Positions 16,649 through 23,869 of a stretch of DNA of 32,000 bases are shown one piece after another. The stretch covers positions 540,001 to 572,000 of the forward strand of contig OW818668.1 in assembly GCA_942493105.1 (NCBI GenBank), in the 5' to 3' direction. The DNA comes from an uncultured Erysipelotrichaceae bacterium (lineage in GTDB: Bacteria; Bacillota_I; Bacilli_A; Erysipelotrichales; Erysipelotrichaceae). Each line of letters begins with the position of its first letter. Position 1 is the stretch's first letter. The position numbers were made by a program, and so were the translations under genes. The notes beneath the pieces were generated by a model. That model made no database searches. It was not told where the DNA came from and saw nothing but the letters and a program-made list of their open reading frames with translations.

Positions 16649-17059
16649 TTCATCATCACTGTTTTTCTGTGCTTGATATCGATTGACTAAAACAAGTGAT
16701 TCTTTACTTTTATCGATCAATTCTGCCAATAAGTCTTCGTTTAAGTTCACATCTTGTGGTAAAACTGAAAGCTGTAGAACCATAGGTAAGTTAAATCCAG
16801 CGATCAAGTACGTTTTTGGGCGAGACATATATGGCATCATCTTCTGATTGACACTGCCTCCAAGCAAATCACTTAAGATCACCAACTCATCATCTTCATC
16901 AACTGTGGCCATGAATTGTTCGATCAATGTATCAACGGATACATCACTCATAAAAGCACTGATGGCTTTAAAAGGATTAAGTTCTCCTAAAAATAGATTC
17001 AAGGTATTGACCATGCCTTCAGCCAATCCACCGTGTGAAATAAGCAGATATTTTCTCAT
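16646..17059 (-). CDS. PTS mannose-family IIA component
   Basis: 137 aa. The N-terminal YLLISHGGLAEGM contains the IIA(Man) active-site His context. AAAGGAGAAG lies upstream. Confidence 0.85.
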   Translation of the reverse strand: MRKYLLISHGGLAEGMVNTLNLFLGELNPFKAISAFMSDVSVDTLIEQFMATVDEDDELVILSDLLGGSVNQKMMPYMSRPKTYLIAGFNLPMVLQLSVLPQDVNLNEDLLAELIDKSKESLVLVNRYQAQKNSDDE

Positions 17060-17208
17060 TTTCTTCTCCTTTTAGTGATTTAGATCTTTATAGAACAGAT
17101 TTAGTGAACAAGCATCTTTTTAGTTCCTTGTTATTATGAACGACACTTAAGCAAAACAAAACAGTACCAGTATCATCATTATTAGGGAAATAAAGTTTCT
17201 TCATACCT

Positions 17209-17240
17209 ATAAAAAACAAGACTTTGTTAGAGCCTTGTTT
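17209..17240 (-). terminator. Terminator candidate after the zinc-ribbon gene
   Basis: AACAAG (17215-17220) pairs with CTTGTT (17234-17239), with a 13-nt loop. On the minus strand it is followed by TTTTTT. The stem is short, so support is moderate. Confidence 0.4.
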
Positions 17241-17439
17241 ATTTTGCTTTTTTGGCTGCATCTTCAGCCAGTATCTTTATGATATGCGATCTTCTGTCTG
17301 AATCAGATAAATCATCCCATTTAATGTCCGTCAGTTTCAGTGAGATCATTTTCTCACCACATTCTGGACATAACGGTAAATCTTTAGGTTTTATTGCCCA
17401 TATCGTTTGGCAGTTTTTACAACCATACATGTCTTTCAT
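17239..17439 (-). CDS. Small zinc-ribbon protein (CxxC...CxxC), function unknown
   Basis: 66 aa. CKNCQTIWAIKPKDLPLCPECGEKM gives a four-Cys ribbon, followed by an acidic/basic helical tail. GAGGGA lies 5 nt upstream of the ATG. Confidence 0.6.
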   Translation of the reverse strand: MKDMYGCKNCQTIWAIKPKDLPLCPECGEKMISLKLTDIKWDDLSDSDRRSHIIKILAEDAAKKAK

Positions 17440-17529
17440 TTCTGTCCCTCACAAATCTTAAGTGTCATTATTAATTTAACAACTTTTTATGGGTGTGACA
17501 AGCAGAAATGGTTAAGTTGCATTATTAGT

Positions 17530-17955
17530 TTATCTTTTTATCTCCTCTTGAGCATCTTGAAGCTCTTGGAGACGTTTTTTCTCTGCCAGACGTTCTTGTT
17601 CTTCACGTAACCCAATGGCTCTTAAGCGTTCTAGTCGATAATCTTGTTCCAAAAAATAGAAGGCATAGAAACAAAATCCAGCTGGAACCAGCATGATCAA
17701 CATCGACAAGATGAACTGAAATGCACTGTTCATATAGAAGATACCAGCAAATAAGGCAAAATAACGATTTTCAAAATGATAAGCAAGCGCATTAAAAAGC
17801 AATCCTGGAGCAATCACAACCAAAAATACTGCAAGCGAAATCAGCATGTACAGTAAGGGGGTATCCCCTTGGTCTAGAAATTGGTGGATGATCATATACA
17901 GGTAAAGCATACTGCCAGAAGCCAGTGCGATACCCAGTGATGTTTTCCCTTCCAT
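17530..17955 (-). CDS. Hypothetical membrane protein (about 4 TM) with a charged coiled-coil-like C-terminus
   Basis: 141 aa. GGGAG lies 6 nt upstream. Hydrophobic core followed by RLERLRAIGLREEQERLAEKKRLQELQDAQEEIKR. Confidence 0.6.
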   Translation of the reverse strand: MEGKTSLGIALASGSMLYLYMIIHQFLDQGDTPLLYMLISLAVFLVVIAPGLLFNALAYHFENRYFALFAGIFYMNSAFQFILSMLIMLVPAGFCFYAFYFLEQDYRLERLRAIGLREEQERLAEKKRLQELQDAQEEIKR

Positions 17956-18024
17956 GCTTTTCTCCCTTTGATCGACAATTAAACAACCAAATATACCATC
18001 TTATCTTTATTAGCATCATATCAT

Positions 18025-18050
18025 AAAAGGTCACAAGTACACTTGTGACC
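18025..18050 (-). terminator. Rho-independent terminator after the 103-aa membrane protein gene
   Basis: GGTCACAAG (18029-18037), loop TACA, CTTGTGACC (18042-18050). On the minus strand it is followed by TTTTAT. Confidence 0.65.
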
Positions 18051-18079
18051 GCTTAAGAAAAGATTTATCGATGACTTAC

Positions 18080-18391
18080 CTAATCCATTTTGAGATAGGT
18101 ATACGCTAAGATCGCTAAAGGAGCAACCATGACTAAACTTAATGGGATAAAACTGATGATTGAAAATAAACAGAAGATTGCTGCAACCAAAACGGCTGTT
18201 TTCTTCAATTTAAGATAAGCAATCAAATTAAAGATAAAGGCGCCGACTAATGCTAATGAGTGAGGAATCAAAGGTTTGATGCTTTCTAGTAAATTGGACA
18301 TATCTAAATCATTCAATGCCCCTACTTTTAAATACGCAATATACCCTACCATAACAATCAGAGAAATCAATATTAGTGTTTTGTTTTTCAT
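18080..18391 (-). CDS. Hypothetical small membrane protein, apparent paralog of the core of the 141-aa protein
   Basis: 103 aa, 3-4 TM. It shares an ungapped FNxxAY...L.A.IF...S...FI...L.M..P.....Y pattern with residues ~54-103 of the 17530-17955 product. Confidence 0.55.
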   Translation of the reverse strand: MKNKTLILISLIVMVGYIAYLKVGALNDLDMSNLLESIKPLIPHSLALVGAFIFNLIAYLKLKKTAVLVAAIFCLFSIISFIPLSLVMVAPLAILAYTYLKMD

Positions 18392-18520
18392 GTTTCCTTT
18401 TTTGCCTGTTTATGATCAGGTCTTCTCACTATTTACTATACAACATCTTCCCTTTTTTGGGACAGTTGAATCAAAAACTCATTTAGAGTGATACACTTAT
18501 GTCATAAAGAAGAGGTAATT

Positions 18521-19819
18521 ATGGATCCACTACAAATCTTCATGATCGCTTTATTAATCATCATTCTTATCTTGCTTATTTTATTATTGATCAAAAAACC
18601 AAAAGTAACCATCCAAGATGAACTTAAGACATTCAGGAGCGAAGTCGCAGATGAAAATCAAAGAACCATAAAGACTTTTAATGATGTGTTTGTAAGTACG
18701 AGTCAAAGTACAAATACCATCGTTGATAAGCGTTTGTATGAATTGACCAATCTACTTCACTCCAATCAACAAGCCCTCAATAAGACAGTCTCTGATTCTT
18801 TGCTTCAGATCCAACATTTGCTCAATAACTCAGCCATTCAAAATGAACAGAAATTAAATCAAGTCAGAGAAACCGTTGAGAAACGTCTCCAACTCCTACA
18901 AGAAGAAAACAGTAAAAAACTTGATGAGATGCGTATGACTGTTGATGAGAAGCTCCAAAAAACTTTGGAAGAGCGTATCTCTCAATCCTTTAAACAAGTC
19001 ACAGATCAGCTGGAATCAGTCTATAAGAGCTTGGGTGAAATGAAAAATATTGGGATCGAAGTTGGGGATCTTAAGAAAGTATTATCTAATGTGAAGACCA
19101 AAGGCATCTTGGGTGAGATCCAATTAGGAGCCATCTTAGAACAGATCTTGTCTCCTGAACAATATGTAAAAGATACTGCGACTTATCCTGGATCACGAGA
19201 TCGCGTAGAGTTCGCTGTTAAGTTGCCTGGAGATGAGAATGGTCATGTGTTATTGCCAATCGACTCTAAGTTTCCAACTGAAGATTTCGTAAAACTGATG
19301 GATGCCTATGATGCCGGTGATAAAGTTCTTGTTGAACTTCATCTCAAAGCCCTTGAAGGCAACATTCGTAAATTTGCCAAAGACATCCATGATAAATACA
19401 TCAAAATTCCTTATACCACCGAATTTGGAATCTTGTTTCTACCGACTGAAGGTTTATATGCAGAGGTTGTACGAGGTGGCATGGTTGAAGCATTACAACG
19501 CGACTATCAAATCAACATTGCTGGACCTACCACAATGGCTGCCTTACTTAATAGTCTGCAAATGGGCTTTAAGACCTTGGCCATTCAAAAAAGAAGCGGG
19601 GAAGTTTGGAGTATCTTGTCTTCTGTCAAATCAGAATTCCAACAATTTGGAAGTGTTCTACAAAGTGCACAAGATAAACTTTCTAAAACAGGAGAAGAAT
19701 TGGATAAACTGGTTGGGGTTCGTACCCGTATGATCCAACGCAAATTAAAGGATGTTTCTACCTTAGATGTCGGTAAATCACAACTCTTAGAAACTGAAGA
19801 AGACGAAAAAGAAGCTTAA
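18521..19819 (+). CDS. rmuC: DNA recombination protein RmuC
   Basis: N-terminal TM helix, a long coiled-coil region and a C-terminal RmuC nuclease-like domain (LLPIDSKFP...GILFLPTEGLYAE...). The ORF track starts at GTG 18488, but the ATG at 18521 has AGAGG upstream and starts at the TM helix. Confidence 0.85.
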   Translation: MDPLQIFMIALLIIILILLILLLIKKPKVTIQDELKTFRSEVADENQRTIKTFNDVFVSTSQSTNTIVDKRLYELTNLLHSNQQALNKTVSDSLLQIQHLLNNSAIQNEQKLNQVRETVEKRLQLLQEENSKKLDEMRMTVDEKLQKTLEERISQSFKQVTDQLESVYKSLGEMKNIGIEVGDLKKVLSNVKTKGILGEIQLGAILEQILSPEQYVKDTATYPGSRDRVEFAVKLPGDENGHVLLPIDSKFPTEDFVKLMDAYDAGDKVLVELHLKALEGNIRKFAKDIHDKYIKIPYTTEFGILFLPTEGLYAEVVRGGMVEALQRDYQINIAGPTTMAALLNSLQMGFKTLAIQKRSGEVWSILSSVKSEFQQFGSVLQSAQDKLSKTGEELDKLVGVRTRMIQRKLKDVSTLDVGKSQLLETEEDEKEA

Positions 19820-19841
19820 ACCGGGAAACCGGTTTTTGTTT
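19818..19841 (+). terminator. Rho-independent terminator of rmuC
   Basis: AAACCGG (19818-19824), loop GAAA, CCGGTTT (19829-19835), then TTGTTT. Confidence 0.7.
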
Positions 19842-19895
19842 GAGCCTTCAAAATACTCTATTTAGATTAAATTATGCAATATTTTTAAAATCTTG

Positions 19896-19952
19896 TTGAC
19901 AAACTTAGAAAGTATTGTACTATTGTATTAGGTGCTTAATACAATAGTACAA
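19896..19952 (+). promoter_or_regulatory. Promoter (TTGACA-16-TACTAT) plus a perfect 16-bp inverted repeat, the likely YtrA-type GntR operator
   Basis: TTGACA at 19896-19901 and TACTAT at 19918-19923. The inverted repeat TTGTACTATTGTATTA (19915-19930), N6, TAATACAATAGTACAA (19937-19952) covers the -10 hexamer and ends at the SD of the GntR gene. Confidence 0.6.
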
Positions 19953-19961
19953 AGGAGACAC

Positions 19962-20330
19962 ATGGACTCATTCCAAAACACCCAACCTATTTACCTGCAA
20001 ATTATGATGTTGATGAAACGGCAGATTGCGACATCCGTTTTAAGTCCCGGTCAATTATTGGATACTGTAAGAGATTTGGCACTGACTTATCAAGTCAATC
20101 CAAATACTGTCCAAAGAGCATTAAGCGAATTGGAAAGAGAAGGATTGGTTAAAAGTGACCGTACGATCGGCAGATATGTCACCCACGACCTTACTTTGAT
20201 TCAGAAGTTGCATCAAGATCTATTTGATGAAGCTACAGATGACTTTATCAATACGATCAAAGCATTACACATGTCAAATGAATCTGTCATAAACGCCATC
20301 ACAAACCGTTTGAAAGGGGAAAACACATGA
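19962..20330 (+). CDS. GntR-family transcriptional regulator, YtrA subfamily (short effector domain)
   Basis: About 122 aa from the ATG at 19962, with AAAGGAG upstream (the ORF track starts at 19932). Winged HTH: PGQLLDTVRDLALTYQVNPNTVQRALSELEREGLV. Its small size and adjacency to ABC genes are typical of YtrA-like regulators. Confidence 0.85.
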   Translation: MDSFQNTQPIYLQIMMLMKRQIATSVLSPGQLLDTVRDLALTYQVNPNTVQRALSELEREGLVKSDRTIGRYVTHDLTLIQKLHQDLFDEATDDFINTIKALHMSNESVINAITNRLKGENT

Positions 20331-21016
20331 TTGAGATTAAGAATGTTAGTAAACGATATGGTCAAAAAGTAGCCTTATCGAAAATTGATCTTTCTTTGAA
20401 ACCTGGAAAGATCATTGGTTTATTAGGTCCTAACGGATCTGGTAAAACAACACTGATCAAAATCCTGAATGGATTATTGAGAGATTATGAAGGTGAGGTC
20501 ACCATCGAAGGTCATCCCATCAATGAGATTACCAAAGGCTTGGTTTCCTATTTACCAGATCGCAATTATTTGCCCAATTGGACCAATGCTGAAGGCGCTA
20601 TCAAAATATTCAGAGATCTATATTCAGATTTTGATGAATTAAAAATGAGAAGTCTACTGGATAAACTAAATCTTAATCCCAAAGAACCTTTGAAAACAAT
20701 GTCTAAAGGGATGAAAGAAAAGTTTCAGTTGGCGCTCGTTATGAGTCGTAATGCTAAAATATATATCTTAGATGAGCCAATTGGTGGAGTTGATCCAGCC
20801 GCACGAGAATTGATTCTAAAAACGATTTTGGAGAATTATGCTCAAGATTCCATGGTTTTGATTTCTACCCATCTTATTGCGTACATTGAACAAATCTTTG
20901 ATTCCGTAATCTTCTTAAAAGAAGGAGAAGTTGTTTTGAATGATGATGTTGACACCATACGTCAAACCCATGGCATGTCGATTGAAGCGTACTTCAAGGA
21001 GGTCTTCAGATGCTGA
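20327..21016 (+). CDS. ABC transporter ATP-binding protein (ABC-2/YtrB-like)
   Basis: Walker A GPNGSGKTT; signature variant MSKGMKEKF; Walker B IYILDEP; H-loop STHL. It overlaps the GntR gene by 4 nt. Confidence 0.9.
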   Translation: MIEIKNVSKRYGQKVALSKIDLSLKPGKIIGLLGPNGSGKTTLIKILNGLLRDYEGEVTIEGHPINEITKGLVSYLPDRNYLPNWTNAEGAIKIFRDLYSDFDELKMRSLLDKLNLNPKEPLKTMSKGMKEKFQLALVMSRNAKIYILDEPIGGVDPAARELILKTILENYAQDSMVLISTHLIAYIEQIFDSVIFLKEGEVVLNDDVDTIRQTHGMSIEAYFKEVFRC

Positions 21017-21834
21017 TAAAATTAATCAAACATGATTTAATGGCGACTTACCGTGAGTTTATTGGACTCTACATTGCATTACTCTTGCTTTCCATCATAG
21101 GTCCTTTCGTTGTTAGTACAGAAATAGAATGGGCTATGTTTATCGTAATGTTTGGAATCTTTGGGGTTTCAGTTGCTACACTGGTTGTAACTTTCTTAAC
21201 GATTATTCGTCTCTATAGCCGCAGACTCTTCTCTAATGAAGGCTATTTGACACTGACACTACCTGTCAAAACACGTGATACCATCATCTCTAAGGTCATT
21301 ACGGGATTTTTATGGTCAAGTTTTTCAGCATTGATATTTATCGTTTCTGGAACCATCTTTAGTGTAATCCTATTTAATATTCCTTCAGTCTTTAGTTCTA
21401 GTTTGGTATCTCTGTCTGCTTTGTTCAATGAAATATGGAAGACCAATGCCATTTGGGTCTATATGCAATCCCTTTTGGTTATCCTACCTTCCAGCTTACT
21501 TGAATCCATTTACAGTTTGATATTGTTGGTGTTTGTCATTACTTTGATCAATACTTCCTTCATAAAGAAATACAAAGTTGCGATTGGCATAGTGACCTAC
21601 ATACTCCTAAGTTTAGCTCTTAATTCACTACTAGGAAATCTTCACGGAGAACTCTTAGTCTTCTCCCCCATTACAACTCTTGACAATGAGTTCTCATTTG
21701 AATTATTGAGACAACTCAGTTTTACAGTCAACGGGATCAATTATGCGATCAACTTCATAGGGTATCTGCTTTATATCGCTGGTCTAGGATATGCGACTTG
21801 GTGGTTATTAGAAAACAAATTAGAGATTGAATAA
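21010..21834 (+). CDS. Membrane protein, probable permease partner of the YtrA-type ABC system
   Basis: 274 aa, about 6 TM. It overlaps the ATPase gene by 7 nt. No specific motif recognised. Confidence 0.65.
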   Translation: MLIKLIKHDLMATYREFIGLYIALLLLSIIGPFVVSTEIEWAMFIVMFGIFGVSVATLVVTFLTIIRLYSRRLFSNEGYLTLTLPVKTRDTIISKVITGFLWSSFSALIFIVSGTIFSVILFNIPSVFSSSLVSLSALFNEIWKTNAIWVYMQSLLVILPSSLLESIYSLILLVFVITLINTSFIKKYKVAIGIVTYILLSLALNSLLGNLHGELLVFSPITTLDNEFSFELLRQLSFTVNGINYAINFIGYLLYIAGLGYATWWLLENKLEIE

Positions 21835-21836
21835 AC

Positions 21837-21858
21837 AAAAAGAGCTTGCGCTCTTTTT
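21837..21858. terminator. Bidirectional Rho-independent terminator between the ABC operon and the cyclophilin gene
   Basis: AAAAAGAGC (21837-21845), loop TTGC, GCTCTTTTT (21850-21858). A/T runs flank it on both sides, between convergent genes. Confidence 0.75.
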
Positions 21859-21870
21859 TCTTGAAACAAT

Positions 21871-22386
21871 TTATAACGTTACGACAGTATATGTTTCCCC
21901 AAAGGTTTCAACAGTAACCGTCGCCATAATTTGATTTTCTTTAGGACGATCTTGAGCACCGGTTGAGACAGCAGCGATCCGATCAACTTCTTCGATTCCA
22001 CTGATGACTTTCCCAAAGGCTGCATATTGACCATCCAAATGGGATGAATCTTTATGCATGATGAAGAATTGAGAACCGGCAGAATCAGGATGTCCTGATC
22101 TGGCCATTGAGATGACTCCTCTGGCATGTTTTAAATCATTGTTGAATCTATTGCTTGAGAATTCCCCTTTAATGCTGTAACCTGGACCACCTGTTCCTTT
22201 GCCTAAAGGATCTCCGCCTTGGATCATAAATCCTGGGATAACTCTATGAAAGATAAGTCCATTGTAGAAGCCTTTTTGAGCCAGTGTGATAAAATTGGCG
22301 ACTGTGTTTGGGGCAGTCTTAGGAAATAATTCTAATTTGATGTGTTGACCATTGGCCATTGTAATCGTTACGATTGGGTTTTGCAT
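21871..22386 (-). CDS. ppiB: Peptidyl-prolyl cis-trans isomerase, cyclophilin type
   Basis: 171 aa. [21 protein letters not shown] and other hallmark cyclophilin motifs are present. AAGGAG lies upstream. Confidence 0.9.
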   Translation of the reverse strand: MQNPIVTITMANGQHIKLELFPKTAPNTVANFITLAQKGFYNGLIFHRVIPGFMIQGGDPLGKGTGGPGYSIKGEFSSNRFNNDLKHARGVISMARSGHPDSAGSQFFIMHKDSSHLDGQYAAFGKVISGIEEVDRIAAVSTGAQDRPKENQIMATVTVETFGETYTVVTL

Positions 22387-22565
22387 GTTTTCTCCTTGTG
22401 TGCATCTTTATGATACTTGAGCATTACATAAGATACAAGTTCATTACACAGTTTAGCCCTATCTTTTTGACACTGAATTTGATCAACAATCTTATCTAGA
22501 TTAGACAAATTCTCTTAAGACAAGAAAAGACCTTTATGTTAAACTTGGTGTGTCGAGGACACATT

Positions 22566-23603
22566 ATGAACCTACCCTATGTACTTAAAAAAGTTAATCA
22601 TACTGTTTTAATTTCAGATCCAAGCATGATCCAATATTGTATTGGAACTCACTTTCATGTTGGAGAACGCTTCTTAGGCTTATTGATTCAAGATCATCAA
22701 GCCACCTTATTTTTAAATCAGTTATTTCCTTATGAAAACAAAGATCTTAAGATCATTCGTACCCGTGATGATGAAGATCCTATTTTAAGACTTGCTGAAT
22801 TGTTAAAAACCAACTCTTTAAGCGTTGATCATTACTTGCCCAGCGGCTTTCTATTACGACTAAGGGACTTAAAACCTGAGGAAACTTTTGAACTTGATGC
22901 TCAATTAGATGCATTGAGATCCATTAAAAATGAACATGAAATCCAATTGATGATAGAAGCCAGCCGACTAAATGATTTGGTTATGGCACAAGTTCCTAGC
23001 TTATTAAAAGTTGGAGTTTTGGAAAACGAAGTCAAGGATAGAATCAAATCGTTATTTAGTGAACTATCTGACGCTGTAAGTTTTGATCCGATCGTTGCCT
23101 TTGGGGATCACGCTTCTGATCCTCACGCTTTTGCGACAGATCGTCCACTCAAAGAAAATGAAGCCATTGTGATCGATATGGGCTGTGTCTATAAAGGATA
23201 CTGTTCAGATATGACACGTACATTCTTTTTAAACAACAATCCCATGAAGACGATCTATGACCTTGTCTTAAAAGCTAATCTAGCAGCCATTTCAAAAGTT
23301 AAGCCTGGTGTATTGTTAAGTGAGATCGATAACGCTGCTCGATCCGTTATTACTGAAGGAGGATATGGTCCTTATTTTATTCATCGTACAGGACATGGAA
23401 TTGGAACCTCAGTTCATGAGCCTTATCCTGTTTCATCAGAATCACACGTTGTTTGTAAAGAAGGGATGATTTTTTCAATAGAACCTGGAATCTATATTGA
23501 GGGCTTAGGTGGCATACGAATTGAAGATCTTGTGTTGGTTACGTCGACCGGTGTCGAAGTTTTAAATCACGCCCCTAAAGATCAGGAAATCATTGTTGCA
23601 TAA
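22566..23603 (+). CDS. M24-family Xaa-Pro aminopeptidase/dipeptidase
   Basis: Pita-bread fold metal ligand contexts are present: DMGCVYKGYCSDMTRT, HRTGHGIG, FSIEPGIY and IRIEDLV. The ATG at 22566 is preceded by GAGGA 6 nt upstream (the ORF track starts at 22536). Confidence 0.85.
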   Translation: MNLPYVLKKVNHTVLISDPSMIQYCIGTHFHVGERFLGLLIQDHQATLFLNQLFPYENKDLKIIRTRDDEDPILRLAELLKTNSLSVDHYLPSGFLLRLRDLKPEETFELDAQLDALRSIKNEHEIQLMIEASRLNDLVMAQVPSLLKVGVLENEVKDRIKSLFSELSDAVSFDPIVAFGDHASDPHAFATDRPLKENEAIVIDMGCVYKGYCSDMTRTFFLNNNPMKTIYDLVLKANLAAISKVKPGVLLSEIDNAARSVITEGGYGPYFIHRTGHGIGTSVHEPYPVSSESHVVCKEGMIFSIEPGIYIEGLGGIRIEDLVLVTSTGVEVLNHAPKDQEIIVA

Positions 23604-23699
23604 AAAAATACCGGCCTAAATTGGGGGAAGAGCCGGTATACCCTCAGTAAGTTAAAAATGGGTGGGGGATATCTTACTGAAGGTGGAACTTACGTTCCT
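23602..23699 (-). ncRNA. Candidate ~100-nt sRNA with three stem-loops, two of them with CCCCC-containing loops, ending in a Rho-independent terminator
   Basis: Minus strand hairpins: GGAAC-GUAA-GUUCC; CCUUCAGUAAG-[AUAUCCCCCACCCAUUUUUAA]-CUUACUGAGGG (11 bp including one G.U, which would be a C.A mismatch on the plus strand); AUACCGGC-[UCUUCCCCCAAUUUAG]-GCCGGUAU followed by U7. A perfect TATAAT (23711-23706) lies just upstream without a convincing -35 hexamer. The 5' end is not defined. Confidence 0.35.
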
Positions 23700-23833
23700 A
23701 TTAATATTATAAATCATTATTTTTAAATGTATACTAAAATGAAACATATAGTGTGCAAAATAAGATGAAACATCGTTCACAATTCCCTTATAAAAGGGCT
23801 AAAGACGAAATTTATACCTTTGATTCACTAAAC

Positions 23834-23868
23834 AAAAACCAATCTGTTAAAGATTGGTTTTTTTACTA
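23834..23868. terminator. Bidirectional Rho-independent terminator (prfB on the minus strand; possibly the long 3' UTR of the peptidase gene on the plus strand)
   Basis: AAAAACCAATCT (23834-23845), loop GTTAA, AGATTGGTTTTT (23851-23862). T-runs follow the hairpin on both strands. It begins 2 nt after the prfB stop codon (TAG, 23870-23872). Confidence 0.75.
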
Positions 23869-23869
23869 C

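Noticed and set aside
17792-18034. 80-aa minus-strand ORF overlapping the 5' end of the 141-aa membrane protein gene and its upstream region
   Set aside because: It is out of frame with the better-supported gene and runs through that gene's SD and promoter region and into the upstream terminator hairpin. It has no SD.
19302-19733. 143-aa plus-strand ORF in an alternative frame within rmuC
   Set aside because: It lies fully inside rmuC, whose frame carries the conserved RmuC domain. There are no independent signals.
21879-22127. 82-aa minus-strand ORF overlapping the cyclophilin gene in another frame (also 21243-21452 -, 25255-25455 +, 25991-26233 +, 27542-27917 +, 28218-28502 +, 31381-31575 +)
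   Set aside because: All are nested in or antisense to genes with strong motif support. None has a recognisable SD or domain.
22549-22564. Small hairpin TGTGTC-GAG-GACACA enclosing the SD of the peptidase gene
   Set aside because: It has only 6 bp and a 3-nt loop, so it is probably too weak and too strained to be regulatory. There is no supporting context.
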